A stretch of 64,000 nt of DNA from Dehalococcoidia bacterium (GTDB lineage Bacteria; Chloroflexota; Dehalococcoidia; GIF9; UBA5629). Each line of letters starts with the position of its first letter. The stretch's first letter is position 1. This document shows, one piece after another, positions 47,144 through 55,659 of this stretch. The notes under the pieces were generated by a model. The model worked only from the letters and a program-made list of their open reading frames with translations, was not told the origin of the DNA and made no database searches. The position numbers and the translations under genes are program-made. The DNA lies in contig JBEKIW010000002.1 in NCBI GenBank assembly GCA_050011565.1, forward strand, positions 224,001 through 288,000, written 5' to 3'.

Positions 47144-48367
47144 TTAACTTTCCCCGTATTCCAGGGCAAACGCCTTGTGTAATGCCTTAATAGCGTCCTT
47201 CGCTCTATCCTCCGCAATAATGCAGGTTATCTTTATTTCAGAAGTGGTGATGAGCTGTATATTTATGCTCTGTTCAGAAAGAGCCCGAAACATCCCCGAC
47301 GCATAGCCCGGCGTGTTCTGCATTCCAGTGCCCACTATGCTGATTTTAGCCAGCGTCGAATCGCTGACGCAGTCCTTGGCCCCGATAGACTTAGCTATAG
47401 GTTTAATCAGAGACATGGCCTTATCTAAATCGCCTCTAGCTACGGTGAAGGTTAAATCAGTAATTTTATTGATGCTGGCATTTTGAACGATAGTATCCAC
47501 ACTTATGTTTGCTTTAGCTAACAGTTCGAAGACTGCTGAAGCTATCCCCGGCCGGTCGGGAACACCGACTATAGTGACCTTGGCCACATTAAGGTCGTGA
47601 GCAATACCCCGCACTTTGTTTCTTACTTCCATTGGAATCCCTCCATGAATGATAGTACCAGGCTTATCATTGAAGCTGGAAGCCACCAGTATGGGCATAT
47701 TATAAACCTGGCCCAGCTCCACCGCCCGTGAATGCATCACTTTGGCACCTAAGGTCGCCAGCTCCAGCATTTCCTCATAGCCGATTTCCTTAAGTTTGTG
47801 GGCTTCCGGCACAATATGAGGGTCCGCTGTAAACACACCCTCGACATCCGTGTAAATCTCGCATATTTGTGCTTTGAGAGCCGCAGCCAGAGCTACAGCC
47901 GTGGTATCCGAACCGCCTCGACCGAGGGTGGTAATATCCTTATCTTTGGTTATCCCTTGAAATCCGGCGACAATGACAATATTGCCTTTCTCCAATTCTT
48001 TAACAATTCGCTTTGGCTCAATATGCGTTATGCGAGCTTTGCTGTAGACAGCATCGGTCTCTATGCCCGCCTGGGGACCGCTCAAGCTCACCGCTTTATA
48101 GCCCATGTTATGCAACGCCATAGCCATTAGGGTGCTGGAAACTATTTCGCCGGTGGACAATAAAACATCGAGCTCGCGCTCCTGCGGCTTAGGATTAATC
48201 TTCCTGGCCAGCTGAATCAGTTCATCAGTAGTTTTGCCCATGGCGGAGACGACCACCACCACCTCGTTCCCCTTTTTCTTGGTCTCAGCTATGCGCCGAG
48301 CCACGTTGTTTAGCTTGTCGGCATCAGCTACCGAGCTACCGCCATATTTTTGAACTACCAGCGCCAT
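47144..48367 (-). CDS. lysC: Aspartate kinase
   Basis: [23 protein letters not shown], two ACT domains. Confidence 0.96.
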   Translation of the reverse strand: MALVVQKYGGSSVADADKLNNVARRIAETKKKGNEVVVVVSAMGKTTDELIQLARKINPKPQERELDVLLSTGEIVSSTLMAMALHNMGYKAVSLSGPQAGIETDAVYSKARITHIEPKRIVKELEKGNIVIVAGFQGITKDKDITTLGRGGSDTTAVALAAALKAQICEIYTDVEGVFTADPHIVPEAHKLKEIGYEEMLELATLGAKVMHSRAVELGQVYNMPILVASSFNDKPGTIIHGGIPMEVRNKVRGIAHDLNVAKVTIVGVPDRPGIASAVFELLAKANISVDTIVQNASINKITDLTFTVARGDLDKAMSLIKPIAKSIGAKDCVSDSTLAKISIVGTGMQNTPGYASGMFRALSEQSINIQLITTSEIKITCIIAEDRAKDAIKALHKAFALEYGES

Positions 48368-48415
48368 TTTTCCTCCTGCTTATTCTAAACCATCTAAAAG
48401 CTGTTTTCCACCTGT

Positions 48416-49612
48416 CTATGTTCGTGTCAGCTTATTCATAATTTTATACCCGTCGTCGATAAAAATGCCAGCGTTTTTAGCCTCGGCCTCGGTGAATTTT
48501 TTAGCCCCGTTCGAGTCAAACCCGGAACCCCAGAGCATAAACGGCACCGGCTCATCGGTATGAGTCTGAATCTTTATCGGCGTCGGATGGTCGGGCAATA
48601 CCAGAACTCGAAGTTCGCCCGGATTCGAGGAGCGTATCCGTCTGACAACTTCTTTATCTATTATCTGCAGAGCCTCTACTTTATCATCAATTAAACCGGC
48701 GTGAGCCGCCTCGTCCGGTGACTCGATGTGTATAACAACTAAATCATACTTCTCCAGCGCCTTTAAAGCTCCGTTGGCTTGAGCCACGTAATCGTTATCC
48801 GGACCATCGGTAACGCCGGGAATATCCAGAACCTTCATCTCCGCCATTTGAGCCAGTCCGCGGAGAAGGTCTACACCGGATGTCATAGCCGCATTAAGAC
48901 CGTATGCTTTCTTGAAAGGCGGCATCTCCGGTATTCTGCCGCTGCCCCAGAATAGCCAGATCATGGTCGCCGGGATATCGCCGCGAGCTTTCCGCTCCAC
49001 ATTTACCGGATGCCCCTTAAGCACAGCTTTGGAGTTTTCCATGAGGTCTAGTAACAGTTCGCTGCCCGCGCCCCGTGGCAGAAAGTCGGCGATTGGCTTA
49101 TCCGGTATATCATGCGGCGGGGTGCAGTTAGCCATAAGTACGTCCTCCCGCCCTTTTATCTTGCATATATGGCGATATCGAACGCCGGGATAAAAATGTA
49201 TTTCGTCGCTGCCAAGCTTTTCATTCAAGGCAGCAATAAGGACATGCGCTTCGTCTGTGTCGATATGTCCTGAGCTATAGCTCCACATCTTTCCGTCACG
49301 AACCGCGACCAGATTGCAGCGAAATACGACCTCATTGTCGGCGACGGGAATACCCATGCTCTTAGCCTCGATACCGCTCCTCCCCCTGTAATATACCTTC
49401 GGGTCGTAACCAAGCACCGACATGCAGGCACAAGCGCTGCTCGGCTCCATTCCCTGCGGCACAGTACGGACCAGCCTAACGACACCTTCCTGCGCCATGG
49501 CATTCAGATTCGGTATACGTGCCAACTCCAGACAGGTCTTGCCGCCGCGTTCAGGCAATGGCCAACCGGCAGCGCCGTCAATTATTAAAACGCAGTACTT
49601 CATTGCAGCCAT
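48416..49612 (-). CDS. Cofactor-independent phosphoglycerate mutase family (ApgM/proposed homoserine kinase type)
   Basis: DGAAG, GYDP..YY.GR, FRCNL, PPHDI, DEAAH, DHPTP, HTDEPVP. Confidence 0.88.
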   Translation of the reverse strand: MAAMKYCVLIIDGAAGWPLPERGGKTCLELARIPNLNAMAQEGVVRLVRTVPQGMEPSSACACMSVLGYDPKVYYRGRSGIEAKSMGIPVADNEVVFRCNLVAVRDGKMWSYSSGHIDTDEAHVLIAALNEKLGSDEIHFYPGVRYRHICKIKGREDVLMANCTPPHDIPDKPIADFLPRGAGSELLLDLMENSKAVLKGHPVNVERKARGDIPATMIWLFWGSGRIPEMPPFKKAYGLNAAMTSGVDLLRGLAQMAEMKVLDIPGVTDGPDNDYVAQANGALKALEKYDLVVIHIESPDEAAHAGLIDDKVEALQIIDKEVVRRIRSSNPGELRVLVLPDHPTPIKIQTHTDEPVPFMLWGSGFDSNGAKKFTEAEAKNAGIFIDDGYKIMNKLTRT

Positions 49613-49616
49613 TATT

Positions 49617-49654
49617 TCCCCTCACTCGACCGGAGAGGATTAAGGTGAGGGTGA
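49617..49654. repeat. REP-like palindrome, family 1 (reverse orientation)
   Basis: Reverse complement tcaccctcaccttaatcctctccggtcgagtgagggga. Confidence 0.6.
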
Positions 49655-49679
49655 AAAAACACTATCTAGTTTACAATGC

Positions 49680-49708
49680 TTGCCCCAAAAGTTAAAGCCG
49701 CTTATAAT
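49680..49708 (+). promoter_or_regulatory. tRNA-Pro promoter
   Basis: TTGCCC-N17-TATAAT followed by a GC-rich discriminator. Confidence 0.65.
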
Positions 49709-49717
49709 AAGCGGCGG

Positions 49718-49791
49718 CGGGGCGTAGCGCAGTCTGGTAGCGCGCAGCGTTCGGGACGCTGAGGTCGGAGGTTCGAACCCTCTCGCCCCGA
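49718..49791 (+). tRNA. tRNA-Pro (anticodon CGG); CCA not encoded
   Basis: Acceptor CGGGGCG/CGCCCCG, D-arm GCGC/GCGC, anticodon arm CAGCG-TTCGGGA-CGCTG, T-loop GGTTCGAA. Confidence 0.97.
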
Positions 49792-49916
49792 CATTCAAAA
49801 CTGTGTTAATCCCTGTCTTCTAGCTCTCATATATTCCCTCATATAAGTTCTGTATTCCTTAGTGTCTTTTTTGGCATTTTCCCTAACCTTTTTTTCTTTT
49901 TCCTGCTAAGGTAAGG

Positions 49917-50264
49917 TTAGTCCGTCTTTTTGTCTACTAGGTAAGCGTCTAAAGCTTCGGTTACTACGTCTTTAATCTGCCTCCTATCCCAATAAGCAGC
50001 TCTTTTTACCTTGTGTACCAAGTCCTGACGCAGGATAAAAGTAGCTCTAGTCCAGCCTTTTGGCAATCCTTTAGATGATGTAGAGGTACTAATAACAGAC
50101 ACGTGGGGGATATTTACTCCACCACTTACTTTAATACGTGGTTTTGCCTTAACTATTGTTGGCTTTGAAGTAGAAGTAAGTGTAGTCGCTTGCTCTACAA
50201 CTGGCGTAAAAATCTTATCTAAGCCACTTTGAGCAAAAGGGTCTCTGCCTAACCTACGCTCCAT
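49917..50264 (-). CDS. ParA partner: predicted ribbon-helix-helix centromere-binding protein
   Basis: N-terminal RRLGRDPF..GLDKIF; low-complexity linker; C-terminal RATFIL strand plus two helices; overlaps the parA stop; SD GGAGGT. Confidence 0.72.
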   Translation of the reverse strand: MERRLGRDPFAQSGLDKIFTPVVEQATTLTSTSKPTIVKAKPRIKVSGGVNIPHVSVISTSTSSKGLPKGWTRATFILRQDLVHKVKRAAYWDRRQIKDVVTEALDAYLVDKKTD

Positions 50265-51021
50265 AATGCACCTCCATCTGTACTACTCTCTGAGCTAGAG
50301 CCATAAAATCCTGAGCACCTAGGCTATTTGGTCTGTATGCTAGAATATCCCAGCCTCTTGATGGTGCTTCTGCTAGGCTTATACAATCCCGAATCACGCC
50401 TAGAATTTTGCCTGGAAAATGCTCCTCTACTTTCGCAATAACCTCTCTGTTCAAAATACGCCTCTGGTCGTACATTGTACCTATAATTCCCGTTATTTCT
50501 ATGTTGCTATTAAGTCGCTTTTTAACACGTTCTACAATCTCTACCAGTCTCGCCATGCCTTGCATGCTTAAAAATTCAGCTTGCATAGGTACAAAAACCT
50601 CCCTTGCAGCGGTAAGGGCATTAACCACTATCATACCTAGACTTGGTGGACAGTCGAATAGTATATAGTCAAAGCTATTGACGCCGGACACAATCTCCTT
50701 TAATAACACCTGACTACCTACTTCGTTAGCCATTTCCACGTCAAAACCAGCCAGTTTAGGGCTTGCGGGTACAACAAATAAGTTGGTATTGAGCTGCCGC
50801 CACATAGCAGCATCCAGCTTAGCCTCTCCACGTAAGACCTCATATATGCTCTCTTTTACTTGGTCGGGTGGTATACCAAAACTAGAAGTCAAAGCCATTT
50901 GCTGGTCCAGGTCAAATAAAAGACACTTTTTGCCAAGGCTAACCAAGGCAGCTCCTAGGTTTAAAGTACATGTCGTTTTTCCTACCCCACCTTTTTCATT
51001 GGTCAAAGATATTATTCTCAA
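50254..51021 (-). CDS. parA: ParA/Soj family partition ATPase (no N-terminal HTH)
   Basis: NEKGGVGKTT deviant Walker A, DLDQQ, DCPPSLG, LAEAPS; SD TAAGGAGG. Confidence 0.95.
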   Translation of the reverse strand: MRIISLTNEKGGVGKTTCTLNLGAALVSLGKKCLLFDLDQQMALTSSFGIPPDQVKESIYEVLRGEAKLDAAMWRQLNTNLFVVPASPKLAGFDVEMANEVGSQVLLKEIVSGVNSFDYILFDCPPSLGMIVVNALTAAREVFVPMQAEFLSMQGMARLVEIVERVKKRLNSNIEITGIIGTMYDQRRILNREVIAKVEEHFPGKILGVIRDCISLAEAPSRGWDILAYRPNSLGAQDFMALAQRVVQMEVHYGA

Positions 51022-51037
51022 TAAATACCTCCTTATC

Positions 51038-51118
51038 GTTTACTTCGTTTACTCTGTTTACTTCATTTACTATGTTTACCTTGTATACTTTGTTTACCAT
51101 GTAAACTCAGTATACTAT
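51038..51118. repeat. Centromere/operator-like array: nine 9-bp units with GTWWAC core
   Basis: GTTTACttc GTTTACtct GTTTACttc ATTTACtat GTTTACctt GTATACttt GTTTACcat GTAAACtca GTATACtat. Confidence 0.88.
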
Positions 51119-51137
51119 TTTAAAATACAAATGTCAA
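51109..51137 (-). promoter_or_regulatory. parA operon promoter
   Basis: Minus strand TTGACA-N17-TATACT; the -10 box lies inside the last repeat unit. Confidence 0.8.
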
Positions 51138-51189
51138 GATGCCAGAACAATTAAGACCTGTAGGAATTGAGTATGCTCTGAGGAGTTAG

Positions 51190-51342
51190 TTATAGGTAGC
51201 ACAGTAACTGCCTGAAATGCCTTTCAATCGTAATTTGACTGAAGTCTGTTAATCCCCTGGTATTGATTCTATCTGTGAGATACCAGTTTGATACCTTAGC
51301 CAAGTTGTTTTTTGTTAATCCCGACATGCTTTTTAGCTTCAT
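51190..51342 (-). pseudogene. 50-aa ORF, probable N-terminal stub of a tyrosine integrase
   Basis: Starts 10 nt inside the right att; YLTDRINTRGLTDFSQITIERHFRQLLCYL resembles the core-binding helices of Xer/phage integrases (pattern recognition only). Confidence 0.45.
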
Positions 51343-51351
51343 TTTTAAGCA

Positions 51352-51396
51352 TTCGGGACGCTGAGGTCGGAGGTTCGAACCCTCTCGCCCCGACCA
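51352..51396 (+). repeat. Displaced 3' half of tRNA-Pro (att repeat) ending in ACCA
   Basis: Identical to 49750-49792 and continues into CCA. Confidence 0.93.
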
Positions 51397-51398
51397 GC

Positions 51399-52172
51399 TT
51401 ATCCTATCCTCTGTTTGGCCTCTTCCCACAGGGCATTCTGCTCGTCAAGAGACAGGCTGGCTAAGTCGAGGCCGCGCTCGCGGCAGACTTCCTCCATGTG
51501 GGCGAAGCGGCGATAGAAACGCTGATTAGCCGAGCGTAGCGCTATCTCCAGGTCTATATCCAACCGGCGAGCAATATTTGCCAAAGTAAAAAGCAAATCA
51601 CCGAACTCGTTGGCTTTTTCCTGCTGGTTAGGAGCCTGTTTAATTTCGGCCACCTCCTCGGCCAGCTTATCTATGATTTCCTCCACCTTATCCCAATCGA
51701 AGCCCACCCCCGCCACCCGTCGCTGCATCGATTGGCTGTAGGCCAGTGCCGGCATCTGCTCCGGCATGCCGGCTAAAATCGATTCTCCCTCCCGTTCCTC
51801 TTGCTTCAAAGCTTCCCAGTTTTGCTCCACCTCCACGACGTCCTTCACTTTCTGACTGCCGAAGACATGCGGATGACGATGGATTAATTTGTGGCTTATA
51901 CCGCGGACGACATCATCAACATCGAACTGTCCCGACTCAGCCGCGATTTGGGCATGGAGCATAATCTGCAGCAGGAGGTCACCTAACTCGTCGCGGAGCT
52001 TTTCTGGAACGCCTTCGTCCAGAGTCTGCAGGACCTCGTAGGATTCTTCAACCAAAAATGGTCTTAGCGAGGCGTGCGTTTGTTTCTTATCCCAGGGACA
52101 GCCGTCCGGGCCGCGCAGCCTGGCAATAATTTCTTTGAGCGCCGTAAAACTGTCCGATTCTTTCTTAGGCAA
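51399..52172 (-). CDS. mazG: Nucleoside triphosphate pyrophosphohydrolase MazG
   Basis: LRGPDGCPWD, EESYE, ELGDLL, KLIHRHPHVF, GFDW, EFGDLLF. Confidence 0.96.
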   Translation of the reverse strand: MPKKESDSFTALKEIIARLRGPDGCPWDKKQTHASLRPFLVEESYEVLQTLDEGVPEKLRDELGDLLLQIMLHAQIAAESGQFDVDDVVRGISHKLIHRHPHVFGSQKVKDVVEVEQNWEALKQEEREGESILAGMPEQMPALAYSQSMQRRVAGVGFDWDKVEEIIDKLAEEVAEIKQAPNQQEKANEFGDLLFTLANIARRLDIDLEIALRSANQRFYRRFAHMEEVCRERGLDLASLSLDEQNALWEEAKQRIG

Positions 52173-52250
52173 AATTGACCCCGGCTAGAACCTATTTCGA
52201 CGCCATTATAATAAGGTAGTTATCAATTAGCAATTAGGTTGGTTTTGTTC

Positions 52251-52287
52251 CCCCTCACTCTAACTCTCTCCCGCCGGGGGAGAGAGA
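52251..52287. repeat. REP-like palindrome, family 1
   Basis: cccctcactctaac followed by tctctccc-gccgg-gggagaga. Confidence 0.65.
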
Positions 52288-52305
52288 AATAAAAGGATAA
52301 TAATA

Positions 52306-52335
52306 AACCCTCTGAAAAAGGTGCTTCAGAGGGTT
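52306..52335 (-). terminator. Intrinsic terminator after the zinc peptidase gene
   Basis: AACCCTCTGAA-N8-TTCAGAGGGTT; U-rich tail on the minus strand. Confidence 0.7.
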
Positions 52336-52358
52336 AGTGCAAAGCAGCAGAAAGACGC

Positions 52359-53066
52359 CTACCTTCGATTACCGCCCAAGGCAAGCATAACAAAATAGAA
52401 GAGTTGAGCCACTGCCTGAAGCGTAGCCGCTACATAGGTTAAAGCAGCGGCCGATAGAACAGCGCTAGCCCCATCATATTCCTGCGCCACCACCAGCCCG
52501 GTGCTGCGCAACATCTGCCTTGCCCGGTGGCTGGCATTATATTCCACAGGCAGAGTTACAAGGCTAAATATCACAGCCAGTGAAAACAGGAATACACCCA
52601 CCCAGACCACCGTCATGCCAAAAGCAGTGCCAAACCACGACAGCAGCAAACCCAGTATAACAAAGATATATCCGAGGGTACTGCCGAGGTTAGCTGCCGG
52701 CACCAAAGACGTGCGAAACCTCATATAGGAATAGCCAACCTGGTCTTGAACGGCATGCCCCACCTCATGCGCCACGATTCCCAGCGCAGCCACAGACGGC
52801 GTGTTCGCCACCGCCGGGGAAAGACGCAGCACTTTTTTGCTGGGGTCGTAGTGGTCACCCAGTCTACTTTTCACCTCCTCGACTCTAACATTGCCCAGCC
52901 CGTTAGACCGGAGCAACTTTTCGGCTGCCTCGGACCCGGTGATATGCTGAGAATTGACCACTTTGGAATACTTATTGAAAGCAGAATTCACCCTTGCCTG
53001 CGCATATATCATGAAGATAAGCGGCGGTATCATAATTAGAAACCACATCGGGTCAAAGAAAAACAT
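52359..53066 (-). CDS. Membrane zinc metallopeptidase, YugP family
   Basis: DHYDP, AHEVGHAVQ, VTLPVEYNAS, AAALTYVA. Confidence 0.92.
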   Translation of the reverse strand: MFFFDPMWFLIMIPPLIFMIYAQARVNSAFNKYSKVVNSQHITGSEAAEKLLRSNGLGNVRVEEVKSRLGDHYDPSKKVLRLSPAVANTPSVAALGIVAHEVGHAVQDQVGYSYMRFRTSLVPAANLGSTLGYIFVILGLLLSWFGTAFGMTVVWVGVFLFSLAVIFSLVTLPVEYNASHRARQMLRSTGLVVAQEYDGASAVLSAAALTYVAATLQAVAQLFYFVMLALGGNRR

Positions 53067-53119
53067 CTTCTACATTCCTCCTGAACAACAGTTAATTTTA
53101 GTCAAAACAAAAAATTCTG

Positions 53120-54064
53120 TCAAAGCAAATGGCTACCGATGAAATCCCGCTGCCCCCTCACAAATTCCTCCGCGGATAGCTCACGCTTTCCCTCCAATTG
53201 TAACTTCACCAGCCCCAGAACCCCGTCTCCGGTTTCAACTCCGACTGTTACCGGCGCCGGCGGAGGCAACGCTACCACCTTGCCGGGCTCATCGGACTTT
53301 TCACCATAAAGCGGCAACACTTTAACCAGCTTCAACCGCTTATCGCGCCACCGGGCAAAGCTCCCCGGCCAGGGGTCGAAGGCGCGTACCCGTCTCCATA
53401 ATTCCTGAGTGGAAAGCCGCCAGTCTATCTCCCCGTCTTCCTTTTTAATCATCTTGCTGTGGCTGGCCCCACTTTCGTCCTGAGGTCGCGGCTTTTTTCG
53501 CCCTTCAATCCATAAAGGTAAGGTTTCCATCAGCAACTGCGCCCCAACTTGAGCCAGCTTAACGCTGAGCGAGCCGGTGGTATCTTCATCCGATATTGGC
53601 ACTTCTCTCTGATTCAAAATGGGGCCGGTATCCATACCTGCATCCAGCAACATAATGGTGACGCCGGTTATTTCATCGCCCTGCAAAATGGCTGCGGCCA
53701 TCGGTGACGCACCCCGGTGCCGGGGTAGAAGAGAGGGGTGGACATTGAAACAACCGAACTTTGGCAAGTTCAGTACTTCCGGCGGTAAAAGCAGCCCGAA
53801 AGCGGCTACCACAATCAGGTCCGGAGCCAACGCAGCCAATTTCTCCACCGTGCCGGCAACTTTAAATTTTTCTATCAGGACGACATCGAGTCCCTGGGAT
53901 AACGCCAACTGTTTCACCGGCGACGACATAATTTGCTGACCGCGTCCGGCTCTTTTATCCGGTTGCGTATAGACGGCAACTACCTGATAACCGCCGTGAA
54001 TCAACGCTTCCAGACTGGGAACAGCGAACTCCGGAGTGCCCATAAAAATAATTCGTTTTTCCAT
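53120..54064 (-). CDS. fmt: Methionyl-tRNA formyltransferase
   Basis: FMGTPEFA, TQPD, NVHPSLLP, GMDTG, RAFDPWP. Confidence 0.97.
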   Translation of the reverse strand: MEKRIIFMGTPEFAVPSLEALIHGGYQVVAVYTQPDKRAGRGQQIMSSPVKQLALSQGLDVVLIEKFKVAGTVEKLAALAPDLIVVAAFGLLLPPEVLNLPKFGCFNVHPSLLPRHRGASPMAAAILQGDEITGVTIMLLDAGMDTGPILNQREVPISDEDTTGSLSVKLAQVGAQLLMETLPLWIEGRKKPRPQDESGASHSKMIKKEDGEIDWRLSTQELWRRVRAFDPWPGSFARWRDKRLKLVKVLPLYGEKSDEPGKVVALPPPAPVTVGVETGDGVLGLVKLQLEGKRELSAEEFVRGQRDFIGSHLL

Positions 54065-54287
54065 GCTAAATAAATTTTAGCAGGTTTCTCCATTATGTCA
54101 AAAACCCCCTTGACACCCCAAGAGAACGCTGTGTTAATCTTAGGGAGTTGTGGCGCGGGTCCTCGGAAAAATTTCGTTAGTAATTATCCGCTAAAAACCA
54201 CTGTCAAAAGAATTAAATTTTGGTTAGGGGTGGGGGGTTTTTGTTGCGTTTCCGGGGGGCTTTCAAACGAAATTTGTTAGGAGAGAG

Positions 54288-55655
54288 TTGAAGTCAGCAC
54301 AATCAATATGGGAAGCCGCTCTGGGAGAACTTCAACTCCAAGTTACTAAGCCGAACTTTGATACCTGGCTTAAGGATACTACCGGTATAAGTTATAAGGA
54401 AGGCATCTTTGTCATCGGTGCCCCTAACGTCTTCATCGCCGAATGGTTAAGAAGTCGCCTCCATTCTCTAATTAAAAGAACTCTCACCAGCATTACCAGC
54501 CAGCCTGTTGATGTCCAATTTGCCATTCGACCTATCAATCAGGAGATACAACCGGTCGCGGCTCGTCAGGCTGACGGAGGCACAAGCACCAGATTAAGGG
54601 AACCAATAACAGCATTCAGGCTAAATCCAAAATACACCTTTGATAATTTTGTAGTCGGTGAAAGCAACCGGCTGGCTTATGCAGCAGCCCTGGAGATTGC
54701 CGAAGAGCCGGGCAACAAATATAATCCTCTGTTTCTCTACGGTGACACCGGTTGCGGTAAAACACATCTGCTGCATGCCATCGGACAAATAGCCAAGGCC
54801 AAGGGGCTAACAACACTTATAGCCAGTGCCGAGCAGTTTACTAACCAGTTCGTAATCGCCCTCAAGAATAATAAAATCGATGATTTCCACCGCAAGTTCA
54901 GGAGCACCGACTTCCTGCTGGTGGATGATGTCCAATTCCTGAGTGGTAAAGCGCAAACACAGGAATGCCTGTTTCACATTTTCAACGACCTCTATGAAAA
55001 TAACTGCCAGATTGTGGTTACCAGCGACCGTCCGCCAAGAGCCATACCCTCGATCACCAAGAAACTAAGGTCCCGGTTGGAGTGGGGTCTTATCGCTGAC
55101 CTTGGCGTACCGGATTTGGAAACGCGACTGGCTATACTGAGAGTTAAATCGAAACAATTAAACATGTCGCTGCCACCAGAAGTTCTGCGGTTTCTCGCCG
55201 TACAATTTCAGCATAATACGCGCGAATTGGAGGGTGCGCTGAACCGGGTGTTCACTTACTCGAGGCTTAGCGGCGGAAAAATAGATATGAAGCTTACCGC
55301 ACAGTCATTGGCGGACATAATACCGAAAGACAGCAAGCATGAGGCTACACCTACGCCAAAGCTCATAATGACGACTGTAGCTAACTACTACGGGATTGAT
55401 ATGGAAGGGCTAACGGGTAAAGGGAGAGACAAGCAAACCTCATTAGCCCGACAGGTCACCATGTACCTGTTACGTGAGCGAAACCATTGCGGCTTGGCTG
55501 AAATCGGCAAAATGTTAGGCGGCCGGGACCATACCACCATAATGCACGGCTGCGAAAAAATCGCTGCCGAATTAGATGTTAATCCCGAACTCCAGGACTC
55601 AGTAAACGAGATCCGCCAAAAGTTGAAGCCCCGAAGAACCCCATCCGCATCTTAA
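54288..55655 (+). CDS. dnaA: Chromosomal replication initiator DnaA
   Basis: LNPKYTFDNFV, YNPLFLYG..GCGKTHL, DDVQFL, RELEGAL, GGRDHTTI. Confidence 0.97.
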   Translation: MKSAQSIWEAALGELQLQVTKPNFDTWLKDTTGISYKEGIFVIGAPNVFIAEWLRSRLHSLIKRTLTSITSQPVDVQFAIRPINQEIQPVAARQADGGTSTRLREPITAFRLNPKYTFDNFVVGESNRLAYAAALEIAEEPGNKYNPLFLYGDTGCGKTHLLHAIGQIAKAKGLTTLIASAEQFTNQFVIALKNNKIDDFHRKFRSTDFLLVDDVQFLSGKAQTQECLFHIFNDLYENNCQIVVTSDRPPRAIPSITKKLRSRLEWGLIADLGVPDLETRLAILRVKSKQLNMSLPPEVLRFLAVQFQHNTRELEGALNRVFTYSRLSGGKIDMKLTAQSLADIIPKDSKHEATPTPKLIMTTVANYYGIDMEGLTGKGRDKQTSLARQVTMYLLRERNHCGLAEIGKMLGGRDHTTIMHGCEKIAAELDVNPELQDSVNEIRQKLKPRRTPSAS

Positions 55656-55659
55656 ATAA

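Larger units (their letters stand above)
49750..51394. mobile_element. Minimal tRNA-Pro-integrated island (1602-bp unit) carrying a partition cassette
   Basis: Perfect 43-bp direct repeats of the tRNA 3' half at 49750-49792 and 51352-51394; visibly AT-richer interior. Confidence 0.9.

Noticed and set aside
51038-51118. Repeat array as a CRISPR, or as coding sequence (ORF 50783-51154 with repeated VY)
   Set aside because: Units are 9 bp with no spacers and no cas genes; the ORF is antisense to parA and its periodicity is a by-product of the DNA repeat.
51352-51396. Second tRNA-Pro gene
   Set aside because: Lacks the 5' acceptor strand and D-arm; it is an att repeat.
51190-51429. 79-aa ORF containing [15 protein letters not shown]
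   Set aside because: That peptide is the antisense translation of the tRNA 3' half; only the part from ATG 51342 is considered.
54140-54287. Structured RNA in the dnaA leader (aaatttcgtt/aacgaaattt, cctcggaaa/tttccgggg)
   Set aside because: Pairings are short and distant and the promoter spacing is unconvincing; insufficient support without homologs.
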